Below, in pieces: positions 34,223 through 46,163 of a DNA stretch of 64,000 nt (the first letter of the stretch is position 1; every line of letters starts with the position of its first letter). Location: assembly GCF_000142905.1 (NCBI RefSeq), contig NW_013657661.1:372001-436000 (forward strand), in the 5' to 3' direction. The translations under genes were made by a program, and so were the position numbers. The DNA comes from Thecamonas trahens ATCC 50062 (Eukaryota; Protista; Apusomonadida). Under the pieces are notes generated by a model, which worked only from the letters and a program-made list of their open reading frames with translations, ran no database searches and had not been told where the DNA came from.

Positions 34223-34444
34223 CACATAAAAAACGCCCGCCCATCCTTGACCGTCCACTGACCACCGACTACCAGACGAGACCGCCGGCCGCCGTCTGGC
34301 TGCGGGCCAGACCGGCAAAGCACCCAGCCGGCTTCGCCCACCAGCCGCAGCCGCAGCCCCACCCATCCCCACCCCACCCACCCACCCCCACCCCACTACC
34401 CCCTCCACCCCCTCATTACCCCCTCCACTCCCCACATTCCTCAC

Positions 34445-36876
34445 ATGGCATCCCCAGTGGCGACGGCTCCGGGTCAACGACGGCCGGCGGGAGCGGGACA
34501 CCGACGGGCGAGACCGGACCCACGACCCACCGACGGGTGCTGGAGACTCTGGTGGCGGCACAGGCAGCCCACATCGATCGGTTGCTGGCACGGAATGCTG
34601 CGCTGCGTGCGCGACTGGAGGGTGCGGCGGTAGGTGGCGTGGCTGGTGTGTATGGGCGATACGGCGGGCTTGCGGCGAGCTTTGTTGACGCTGCCGCTGT
34701 CGACCGGTTGGAGACTGCCTTTGACTCGCTCGTCTACCAGATGCGCGAGATTGTGCTGGGGCAGAGGCTGCGCGCAGAAGCGCTGACGTCAGAGACGGGA
34801 ACTGGTGAGACAGAGGCGATGACCAAGCTCATGGACGATATGCTGGCTCACATTGATGCAGCAGAGGCTACCGCTCGCGCACTTGGTGCGCCGCCGCGGT
34901 CGCGGCCTGGCGAGACCCGCGGATCACGGCTGTCGCAACGCTCATTCTCGGGCTCGTCGTTGGGAGAGAACCATCGCTCGGGCTCATGCTCGGGCTCATG
35001 CTCGGGCTCGGGCACCGGATCCGACTCGGGCTCGGGCTCGGGCTCGCGGACGCCGTCACCATCGGGCTCGATGGACGAGCTTCTCGCCGACTTTGAGCTC
35101 GACCCGAACACCTCATTTGGCGACATTTCGCTCGTCTCCGAGACAGATACCAACTTCGGCATGTCTGCGGCGCAGCTGATGCTGGGCCGACTGGATAGGA
35201 CCTGCTCGGACGCGTCGATGGTCCAGGTCATTGCTGACATGCACTCGGTCATGAACTCGGAGATCATGTCGGCGCTCGCCGAGTACTCGAGCTCGGGCTC
35301 GGGCGCCATAGGCGCCAGCCCGTACTCGGACGTCGACGACGAGTGCTCGTCGTCGGCACACATTGCCGATGCACATGCCGACGCCGATTCGGCGTCCGGC
35401 GGATTGGAGGCGTCGCTGCCGTCGTTGGAGGATGCGTCGTCGGACGACGGCGGGGAGTCGGTTGTTGCAGCCGCACCATCGCCGGACCCAGCGGCCACCC
35501 CTGGCGCACTGCGCATGGATGAGAACGAGCTGCCTGCGCTGCTGGCGCCATCGCCCATACCACCAACAGCAGCTGCTGGAGCTACAGATCCCAGCAGAGC
35601 TGATGAGCCCGAGACACTCACACACAAGCCCGAGGTGCCGGATGCCGGCTGGGATGCGGCCGCTGCTGCCGTCGCCGCGTCAGCTTCGGAAGAGCCACAG
35701 CCGCGCGCCCTGGTACCAGCGCTAGATGTGATGCTTTCGTGGACTCACTCGTACGACGATTCCGACTCTGATGGCGAGTCATCGTCGTCGTCGACCACGG
35801 AGCCACCACCTGTCATTGCGCACTGGCTGGCGTCGTGCCAGGCAGTGCTGGGCGAGATGTACGAGTTTGGCAAACGTATTGCGCTCAACGACGACAATGC
35901 TGTGTACAGAGTCAAGCTTGTGGGCAGCAGCGAGGACGCGCCCGAGTTTGCGCTCAAGCTCTTGATGGAGCGCGACATTGTGGACGGGATGCCGTCAGGC
36001 GAGGCGCAAGCGCTGATGCTGCTCCGCGGACACCCGTGCATTCAGGAGATTCACTGGTGGGCGGCCATGGCGCCGCTTTCGTGCCTGGTCATTGTCTCGC
36101 CACTTTTGCGCGAGGACAAGGTCGACGTCGACGATCCGAGCGCAGTGCAGCAGTACATGCACGACGTGATCTCTGCGCTCGCTTTCACCCACAAGCGCGG
36201 CATCGTCAACCGCGACATCAAGCCGGAGAACATCATGTACAACGCGGAGGAGCGGCGAGCGATTGTGATCGACTTTGACACGGCGGTGTATGTGCGGACG
36301 CACGCGGACCGGCCGACGTCGCCAACAGGCACGATTGCGTTTATGGCACCCGAGGTCAAGGCGCTCGACTCGCACCCGTCCACCCACACGCCGTACGACT
36401 TTGCCGTCGATGTTTTCTCGGCAGGCATTGTCTTTGGCAACATGCTCTTTGAGAGCTACAATCCCAAGTACCCGGACTGGTACCTCGACTTTTCCAACGT
36501 GGCCAAGCTCTTGGCGGCGATGAAGGCGGAGCTGGCGGCGGCGCCCGCCGCTGACTATGGCGTTCGGTCGCACTTGGCGCTCGACTTGCTGGAGAAGATG
36601 ATTGAGGCCGACCCGGGACGGCGCATCACTGCTGAGCAAGCGCTGGGCCACCCGTACTTTGCCGGCCTCACCGAGCGGGAAATGCTCCCAGTCCCGCCGC
36701 TCCATACGCGGCCGGGTTACGCATCGCCGTCGCCGTCGCGCTCGGTGACGCCACCGCATGGCGGCGGCAGCTCGCCAATCTCGCCGAGCGAGACCATGGC
36801 CATTGCGAGCCATAGTGGCGGATACATGATGTCGAGCTCGGCGTACCACCAGAACATGATGGGCATGTGGCGGTGA
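34445..36876 (+). CDS. Ser/Thr protein kinase (CDC7/CK2-like C-lobe features, atypical motifs) with a long acidic N-terminal region
   Basis: ALK, NRDIKPEN, DFD, GTIAFMAPE, DVFSAG, DLLEKMIEADPGRRITAEQALGHPYF. ATG 34445 joins the main ORF if one C is added at 34452-34455. Confidence 0.85.
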
Positions 36877-36894
36877 TGGAGCGAGGCAAGGCAA

Positions 36895-38193
36895 TCAGTC
36901 GAGCTCGTCGAAACGCATCATTTTGCGACGCATCTCCTCGGCATCAGCGCCGATACGGAGAGGCGACTGGGCGGCTAGCAGCGCAGCCTCGCGCCCAGCA
37001 GGCTTGAACGGCGTGTCCTCGTACGACGCGAGCCCCGCGGCGGCGTCGGCAGCAAGCGGCTGGTACACCCAGCTGCCGACGGCTGCGTTGCAGAATGGAC
37101 ACGGTCCACCATCGGCCGACGTCGCCACATACTCGGACGCACATTCGCCGCACGACGAGTTGCGACAGCAGGACGTGGCATATGCCGAGCCAAAGTACAT
37201 CATGCACAACGGGCAGTAAATGGTGGCATCGGCGGTGGCATCGTCCTCGCCTTCGACGATGTCAAATACCGGATGGCCGAGGCGCGGAGGCGAGGCGGGC
37301 GGTGTGGCCGGCGGCGAGACAGGCGCCGGAGCAGCGGCCGGGGCAGCGGCCGGGGCAGCGGCCGGAGAAGCCGGCGGCACCAACTCGGCATCGTCAGCAG
37401 CGGGTGCGATACGGCCACGCGAGTCGTTGAGATGCAGTCCACGGGCGAGGACGGCAACAATGGCAACCGGCCAGACGGCGAGGAGTGCAAAGATGAGATA
37501 TACGCCGAGACTGAGACTTGGCAGGGAGATGGCCGGCGCGAGGGCAATGAGGGCCACAACGATGGCGGTGAGAATGCCGAGAACAACAACAACGTCGCAC
37601 GAGAGCACAACAGCCTGAATTTTCGCCGCAGTGCTGGCCGGCGGCTCCTTGTCGAGCCGCTCACGGACCGATGGTAGCCAGAGGATGGCCGCCAGGCCGA
37701 CGTAGCTTGCCAGAGAGAGCGCCGACACGAGATGATGGATCCAGTACGCACGCGACCAGTGGAAGAGCAGCGGCGAGACATCGAGAATGAGCTGGGCAGT
37801 ATGGAGTTCGCTAGCAGCGACGGGTCGACCCGAGTCGGCATACGCCAGCGAGTACATCACGCTCGGGCCTGGGAGGCCCGGACGGAGGAGGACACCGCGG
37901 CCCGCGACCACCTCAGCTCTATCGAGCGATATGTTGCGTGGAGGCGAGGTGGCAATGCGAAGAACAAGCGTTGCTCGCGGATGACGCCAAGAGGCGTCAG
38001 CAAGCAGCAGTGCAGGCGGCGGAGGCGATGACGGCGGAGGTGGCGGGAGAGCAATGGCACCCGAGGCAGCGAGCGGGACGGTCGGGCGGAGGAAGAGCGA
38101 GAGCGAGAACAGAGCCGAGAGGAGAGAGAGGGCCACCAGGATGAGGTAGACCAGACATGCAAGAATGACCGCCGCCCGGTGGCTGCTCTTCAT
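36895..38193 (-). CDS. Multi-pass membrane protein with a C-terminal Sip5/GW2/DA2-like RING finger
   Basis: About four hydrophobic segments; CPLCMMYF...SCCRNSSCGEC...CPFC. Confidence 0.7.
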   Translation of the reverse strand: MKSSHRAAVILACLVYLILVALSLLSALFSLSLFLRPTVPLAASGAIALPPPPPSSPPPPALLLADASWRHPRATLVLRIATSPPRNISLDRAEVVAGRGVLLRPGLPGPSVMYSLAYADSGRPVAASELHTAQLILDVSPLLFHWSRAYWIHHLVSALSLASYVGLAAILWLPSVRERLDKEPPASTAAKIQAVVLSCDVVVVLGILTAIVVALIALAPAISLPSLSLGVYLIFALLAVWPVAIVAVLARGLHLNDSRGRIAPAADDAELVPPASPAAAPAAAPAAAPAPVSPPATPPASPPRLGHPVFDIVEGEDDATADATIYCPLCMMYFGSAYATSCCRNSSCGECASEYVATSADGGPCPFCNAAVGSWVYQPLAADAAAGLASYEDTPFKPAGREAALLAAQSPLRIGADAEEMRRKMMRFDELD

Positions 38194-38830
38194 GCTGCAC
38201 AGAGTCGAGTGGTGGCCGTCGCGGTCGCGGCTGTGGCCGTGGCTGTGGCCGTGGCCGTCGCCGTGGTGGTGGCGCGGCGCGAAAGTGGCGCCAGAAAGTG
38301 GCGCGCTTTCTCGGCGCGACGTGAGTCTGCTGATTGTTTTGTGGGCGACTGAGCTGTGATCATGCTGTGCTTGGCTTTGTGACTAGTGACGAGCTGATGG
38401 GTCAGTGTAGCTGCAGAGGAGATGGACGATGTAGGCTGGAGAGGGAAGAGCTGTCCTCGCGTGCTCTGGATCTCGGCCTTGAGACTGATGTCGCGAGCTC
38501 TTCCACCCATGCGCTCATCATCCCACCACGGCACGTCTCCTCCCATAGCTCATGATGGCACCGATGGGTGGCGAGCGGAGACCATACGCAAATGGATGAC
38601 GCAGATAGAGGCTTGTCACACCCTGCCATCTCGCCCGGGTTGTCAGCAGCAGACCAAGCAGCGCCGCATTCAGCTTCCTGAACGCTTTTTGGTTTGACCA
38701 CAGTGTTGACGTCGTTTCGAACATTGTCCCCGTTTCCGTTTTCCCCGGCACACCCCACGCCGACACCACGCCCCGCCACCACCACGGGCAAACACCACAG
38801 CTCCAGCCCCCCCCCCCCCCGCACACACCC

Positions 38831-41800
38831 ATGTACCCGCTTCAACTGCTCATCATCATCTGGGTGGTTGCTCTATCTGGTTCATGCCTGGGGCAGGTCA
38901 ATTCCTATCGCCGCGGCTTCCCCTCCAACACCCCGGTTCTTCCCACATTCACGCCCCACACCGACCGAGCATGGGCCGACATGGGCACCGCCGCGCCATG
39001 GAACACCGCATATGCTGTCCTCCCGCTCGAGTCGTCGTCAGATTTGGTCCTTGCCAAGGCTGTGAATGGCACTTACTTCCCCGCCCCGCCCCATGCCGTC
39101 CCGAGCTACCCACGTGGATTCAGCAGCAAGCCAGGAATTACGCCCGGTACCGGGGGCCTGGCCACCGCACTCGGCGCTCCTACTGATGCTGGCATTCCGC
39201 TCATTCGCTGGGATGTGGCGCCCATCTTTGATGTGACAGAGTCGACTATTGGCGTCTCGTTCTGGTTTCGGTACACTGGGCGTGTTGCGTCCGGAGAGTC
39301 GACGGCCAAGACCTCGATCTTCGCCTCGCATCTTCCGAGCGACCACACATACACTGCCGGCGCTGGCGTGCCGGCTGTCTTTCCGATTCTCCTTTTCTCC
39401 TCCGAGTTCTTTAACGTCACCATCAACTCGGACAAGGGCGACGTGGCCCTCATCGGCGGCGGGGTTACCGCCAACGACCCGGCACTCGGCAATGTGCTCG
39501 ACGGCCACGCCCACTACATTGTTGCTCGCGTCATCGACCACATAGACGCGGCCGTCATTTCTGTAGACGGCGTGGCGATCGATGCCGACATCCCGGGTAT
39601 TCGAAGCAACGCTCCTGTGACCTCGTCCGAGCCAGCGTTCTTCTGGGCCGAGATCGACGCTGTCCTCGACCACATCACCGTTGGCTCGATGCCTTACCGC
39701 ATCTTCGGGGGCAAGATCTACTCCTGGGGCGGTATCCACACCCAGGACCTCGATGCTGCGTGGGACATGGCGCTCGCGCTCAATCCAACGCACTTTTACA
39801 TCCACCCAGACACCGCCGGCACTGCTGCGATTGACTACGGCTCCTCACCGGCCACAGCTACCATCATCGGTCCGCCGCCACCAACAGTGCCTACCTCACG
39901 TGCGCTGTCGCCGTTCACCCAGCCGTTCCCTGTCGGCCCGGGGTACGTGTTTTCGGCCACCGGAGCTGCGCCGTCACTCACCTTTTCATTCTCGGCTTGG
40001 ATCTACCTCTCGTCGTCGGCACGTCTCGCCGGCGCCACCCACGCGGTTGCATATGTCCAGGACATGTTTTCACTTGAGATTACACCGTCGGGCACACTGC
40101 GGCTTGAAGCATCGGTTCTGCCGGGCCCGCTTGAGTCCGATGCCTCATTTGACCTCCGCGATGCCGCCTGGCATCATGTTGCGGTCGTTCAGGAGAGCAG
40201 CAACACATCAGTTTGGATCGACGGCTCGGTGGTGGCCCACGGGGTGCCAGACCTAGCCGGCGCAGCTGCAGCAACCTGGACGACGTCTCGAGGCGCGTCC
40301 AGCCCACTGGTTCTTGGCGCCAACCCTAGCACTGGTACTTCGCTCTGCGCCGACTGCGGCCTTGACATTGTCACGCTGTTTGATGACTTGGCGCTCTCGA
40401 GCCAGGCTATTTTTGACCTCAACCTCGGCTATCGCATCGGATCGCGGGCCAACCCGGCATGGACTTGCAATCATGTTGCCGCACAATGGCCGCGCGCCCG
40501 CCACCCGTTTATCTCGGTCTTTGGGCGCTTCGAGTACGAGACTACACCAATCAAGCGGACGGTGTGCGACCTTGCCACCGACGGCGGCGGCTGGCGGCGG
40601 CTTCTTGCCTGCGCTCACGATGCCAGCGGCGCGTTGGTCTTTGACTGGCCGCGGCGTGTCACCTTCCGCTCTGCTCCGCAGGGAACGCATGTCGGGCGGC
40701 TGACAACCGAGCTCCAAATCCGCGCCACTTTTAATGACTCTTCGACGGTGGGCGGGGAGCTGCATGCGGCGACCGCATCGGCGCCGGGATCTACGCTCGA
40801 CAACTGGGCGACTGACGGCTCGTCGACTCGTCCGAACGCGGTCAACCGTCTCGTACTGGGCCAGTCGATCGACCGCCTCTCCACTTTTCCGGCGTCAGAG
40901 TGGAGCTACGTCGGGACACGGCTGACCGCAAGTCATCTGAGCTACACACCCGGGCCCAGTGGTGCGGCGGAGTTTGTCCAGGCCCCATACGGTCACGACT
41001 CGGACGCCGATCTCCACATTGTGAAGCCTGGCGAGCTGGGCGAGCCGATAGGCCGATGCGATGTTACCGGCTCGGGCCCGCTCGATGGGTTTGAGATCTG
41101 GATTCGTGCCAGCCCAGCTGCCTTCACCAACACACTTGCGGTTTCTGCCATCGACTATGAGGGACTGGCATACCTGTACGAGTCGAGCGTCCGAGCTCTG
41201 ACTCACCTCACGACCCAGTCGCTGTCGTGGTCCGATACCCACATCATGCCGGCGACCGATGCCGACTTTCTCATTGTCAACAGCGAGGACTCGGGTGGGA
41301 CGGCAAACATCTGCGCCGGTATCCTGCTCAGCACCGCGCGCACGGCGTACTACGTGCCGGACGCCTGGCGCTGTACGCCGACGTCGAGCCTCGCCGACTT
41401 TGACGATGTCATCACCGTCTTGCCGGACACCTCCTCTTGGGGCTCAGTGCAGACGATGTCGGTGGCGGTAGCAGGCCAGCATGTGGCGCCGTGGAAGCCA
41501 TTTACGTTTGCGCCCTGGTTTGCGCGCTGGGTCAAGTCCAAGGAGACAAGCGCCGCGTCGATGGTATGTGTTGTCCGACTCCGCTGCCCGGCGGTAGACC
41601 GCAGCCACGGAAACCTGCTCTGCTCGCATGGCTCTGGCGTCGATTCCGAGTGTTCGCTCGTCTGCGATGCCGGCTTTGCACTGCAGTATGGACCAGCTAT
41701 CGCAAAATGTACGACGGACGGGTGGCAGCCGGCACCGCTCGGCATCTGCCTCCCGTCGTCGTTTGTGGCCTCACCGCTGGCGACCGGCTCCGGCGGCTCC

Positions 41801-44800
41801 TCGCTTGCCCTGTTGACGGCCACCGTCGAGTACGGGTCCTCGCTCGCGGCAGTCCGCGATGCCTCGGGCGCGCTGGCGGTGGCTGTCGGTGACGCTGGGG
41901 CTGACGTTGCCTTTGTGGGCACCTACTCGGCAACAGGAGGACTCGACATCTCGCCATCTTCCAACGCCAGCGCGCTAGCGAACGGAACTCGGTTTGGTGA
42001 AGGCGTCGCGCTGGTGGGCGATGTCAACGGCGACGGGCTCGGTGATCTGGCGGTTCTCAGTGCAGGTGACGAGGCCTCGGTCTCTGTCGCACTTGCACCG
42101 GACTGGTCTGTCGTCGGTCCCTGGACCCGCACCCAACTTGGTACCCGGTGTGGCGTGCTTGCTGCAGCGGGCGATGTCAACAGCGACGGCGTGCCCGACG
42201 TTGTTGTCGGATGTCCTGACGCCGACGGCGGAAGCGGCCGGATTGCTCTCCTTCTTCTTGGTTCGGACGGCCGGGCCATAGTGATGACGTGGGCGAGTCT
42301 GCCTGGTGTGACTCAATTGGGGCGAAGCCTGGTTCCGCTTCCCATCGGCGCGCTGTGCAGCGTGTACGACAGCGTGGGCTTGCTGGTTGGAACGACCAAT
42401 GCGCTCCACGTCGCCTTGCTCGAGTACTCGGGGCCCGGAAACGCGACCCTTGTCCTGCTCGACAACGTGGTGGATGAGGCTGGCGGCTCGCCAGTGGTGG
42501 ACGGCTTGCTGGGCAGCGTGAGCCGGGCCGGCGCCAAAGGGCTCGGAGCCGGGGCAGTGTATCTCGGCTCGCGGCTTGATCCGAGTACTGGGCTCGGCGA
42601 GGTGGCGGTTCTGGCTGCCGGCCACGGCATGATCCTTCCACTGGGACTCTCGCTGTCGGCACAGTACGGGTCGTGCGCTGCCGGTACAAGTAGTAGTTTC
42701 GTTGCGAGCGGCGAGCCAGCGTTAGCGTCGATACTGTTGCTTGATGACGACAGCGCGGTTGGCGATGCGCTCCAAGGCACCTTACTGCGCCGTGGGAGCG
42801 GCTAGTCGGCACCGGCATGACGTTGCTCGAGTCGAGCTCTGAGGATCAGATCATGCTCGGAGTGGGCGTCCCGCTCTCGCACGGACGGGGCGCGGTGGGT
42901 TCCATCAAACTGGATGTGCCGATGCTTGGCCCACGGGTCTCAGCGCTCACGCTCGGACACGCTCCGGAACTTGGCTCGCGACTCGGTGTCGCAGTTGGCG
43001 GCGGCAATGTGGTCTGGGTATCGGGCTCGGGTCTGTCACCAGCCGCCCTGGCGGGCATCAGCTTGCACTTTGTCGAGTGGCAAGTGGGCGGAGGCGTCGT
43101 CGACGGTGGATGGAGCGCCACATGCAGTGTCATGGCTGGATCGCACTCGGGCACGACGGCCTTTAGCTGCCTCACAGCCCACGATCCGACCAGTGCACGG
43201 ATGCCATCGCTGACGACCGGCACAAGCGCGGCGTGTCTGGCAACCGCACGTGGCGGCGGCGCACCAGAGCTGGTGATACCGCGAGTATGCCTGCGGTTTG
43301 CGCTGCCAGGCGCAGTGGCGAATACGCCGCGAGTGTTCAACGCGCGCGAAGATGCTAGCAATGCGTTTGGGGCGGGCGTGGGCGCGACATTGGCGATGGG
43401 CCAGTCGATAGTGGGCCACTTTGACCACGATGGCGACGGTGCGTCGGACATGCTGTTTTCGATCGGCAACTGGGCTCCTCATCACATGGCACTGCTGCTG
43501 ACCGATCCAGCGTCACGAGCCGGAGGTAGCACGCTCGGCTTTAGCAAGTACGTAGAACTCAAGAACGGAGTTAATGGTGTCCCGCCCGGAACCATTGACG
43601 CAAGCCATCACGTGGCGCATGCCGCTGGCTGGGTTGGCGACGTGGACGGCGACGGTAGCAGTGACTACGCGCTGGGCTCCAAGGCGGCGACGGTGCTTCA
43701 TAGCCACAGCTCGCGCAACGGGTCTGTGGCGTCTATCTCTCAGTTTGCGGTTGACTTTGAGTGTCTTGGCGGCGTGGTGCTGATGAAGCGCGCGTTTGAG
43801 GGGATCGGCGCAGTTGTGGCATGTAGCTCGTTCCACGTGCCTGCGCTCGGCGTGAGAGTTTATCGGCTGGAGTACGAGCCACAGTCGGCCAACCTGACGG
43901 GTGTGCTGCTGGCAAACCACACAACGGTGGTAACACCGGCCTACTTTGGGCGGTCACTGACCGGCATCGGCGAGACGGGCGAGCCCGGATGGTATGAGGT
44001 GATGGTGGGTGGCCGCGGCGACGAGGTGGTCTTTGGCAGCCTCTCGACAGCAACTGGAGAGCTGAGCAGCCGTGGATGGACGACGATCTCGTACAGCAAC
44101 GACCTCGAACCGCTGCTTCCCGCTTCGCAGCACGGGCTATGGAGCGTAGGCTTTGGTTCTTCCGGTGCGTGTGTCGGCGATCTGGACGGAAACGGAGTGG
44201 TCGATGTTGTCATCGGCGACGAAACGGCCGTGGGCCCAGGTTATGGCGCGGTGTTTGTGGTGCTGCGCGGGCGCGCGCGTCCGGTGGTCGGGGTGCGGGC
44301 AGTGGGTGTGACCCGTCACGGCCAGACGGGCGGCGCGCTTGATGTTCCGGGCTCTAGCTGGCTGCTGTACGGGACCGGGATGGGCTTTCTGGGCCACAGC
44401 TGGGGCGCCGGGACACACACGGTGGAACTCGGGGTTTCTGCGCGCGAGGATCGACCGCTAGCACGGTTTGGCAACCTGGCGCCGTCTGGCTCGATTGTGG
44501 TACACTCGTTGGTGTCTGTGGGGAGCGGGCCGACGGTGATGCGAATTCACCCCCGCTTGTGGCCATGGATTCCGGTGTCGTGCTGCAGGTGGAGGGCATC
44601 CACTTAGACCGGACGGCCGGCGGTGTGTTTGCGCTAGTCGACAGTGCGGGAGTTGCTGCACCGGGCGAGTGCCGTGTTGTGGGCAGCCCGATTTCGACCG
44701 ACCGGGCTGCGTGCAGCCTGACTGGCGCAGTCGAGGGTCGTTTCCGGCTTGTGGGCAGCGGAGCTTATGCCAGCCAGTCGACACCGAGCGCGTGGGTTGC

Positions 44801-46142
44801 GATCTACCAGCCTGACACATCGCTGCAGGTGACGGGCGTTGCTCCGGCGAAAGTTTTGCCGGGAGACACGTTGACGGTAAGTGGCATGTCGCTTGGTTCA
44901 GGGTTTGTGACGCGTGTGTGGATTGGCAGCGTGGCTTGCCAAGTGGCAGCCGGGTCGAGCGCAACCGAGCTCGTTTGCGTGGTCGGAGAGCTGCCGCCCG
45001 TAGCAGTGGCGCGCAACGAGTCGTACGTCGGGACAGTGTCGCTCGAGGTGTCACGTGTGGCTACCGGGCAGGTGGAGCGGGTTGAAGGCGGCAACGTGAC
45101 GGTGATCAACGTGTGGGCGAGGAGCATTAGCGCGCCGCCGCCAGCATCGCCCAAGACCACCGCTGTCAACGACAACGTGTTGCCTGCGTCTGGAGCGGCG
45201 TCGACAGGCGCGATGGCGATGTACTTGCTGGTCGCGATTGTCGTTTGGATGCTGATGTTTGGAGTCCGGCAGCGGCGGAAGAACGTGGCCAAGTACCGGC
45301 GCGAGCCGGAGAAGTGGCTTGGGCTGGGGTTAGACCAGTACGTGGTTCGGAACCACATGGTGTTTGGCATTGTAGCGAGCTGCAAGCATGATGTGTTTGG
45401 TCGGATGGCGCGGGCAATCGATCTCTCGGTCCACCTTGCGCTGATGTTCTTTGTCACCGCGTGTCTGCAGATACTCAAGCCCGAGTCGTTTGCGTCCGAC
45501 ACTGAAGTGGTGTCGCTGGAGCGGCTACTGGACATGGTGTTTATCAATGTGGTGACGCTTCTGATGTCTGTGGTGCTGGGTGTGCCGATGGTTCGATGGG
45601 CGCTGAAGCGCGGGCAGATTGCGATTGCGGTGGTGCTCAACGCAGGACTGGTCGCACTAGGCGCCGTTGTGGTCACCCTCCCGCTATATGTGCCTGGATT
45701 TGAGGTCAATCTTGGCGCGCTAGCCTTTGTGCTCGGCCTCGGACTGGCGGTGTCGTGGCTGGTGATGGACCCGCTGAAGGTGACGGCGCTGTACGTCGTC
45801 CTAGGCTACCGGGCAATCGAAGTGCGCCAGGGTGGCAACGGCGGCTCAACAGCGGTGGCGGCGGTGGCACCGGGCGATTATGCCGGCGCAGGCAAGACGC
45901 TGCCGACCAAGTCGGAGTCGTCGGATGCTGCGGCTCCATCGGATGCCGAATCTCGAAGCGGTGGCGACGTCGATGTTGACCTCGAGGAAGGCACTGCAGA
46001 CCGATCGGAGCAGAAGTCGCGGTCGGGATCTGGCTCTGGGTTCGAGCTCGAGTCGAGCAGTCTCGCCGAGCTGAAGCAGCGGCCGCGGCGCGGGTCCGCG
46101 GTGCCGAGACTTGAGGGCCGGCGCCGGCGTGGACCGGGATAA
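38831..46142 (+). CDS. Large (~2,430 aa) cell-surface receptor: signal peptide, LamG x2, fibrinogen-like motif, CCP/sushi, FG-GAP clusters x2, IPT/TIG, polycystin-1-like 5-TM region; two 1-nt frame breaks
   Basis: ORFs 38831-42805, 42817-44607 and 44559-46142 join on adding one base at ~42781 and at 44550-44554. Motifs WHHVAVV, CDLATDGGGW, CSLVCDAGFAL, GDVNGDGLGDLAV, GDLDGNGVVDVVIG, VTGVAP..VLPGDTLTVSG, NH.VFGI...FGRMAR, MDPLKV. Confidence 0.82.
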
Positions 46143-46163
46143 AGGCACGTCTTTACTACACGC

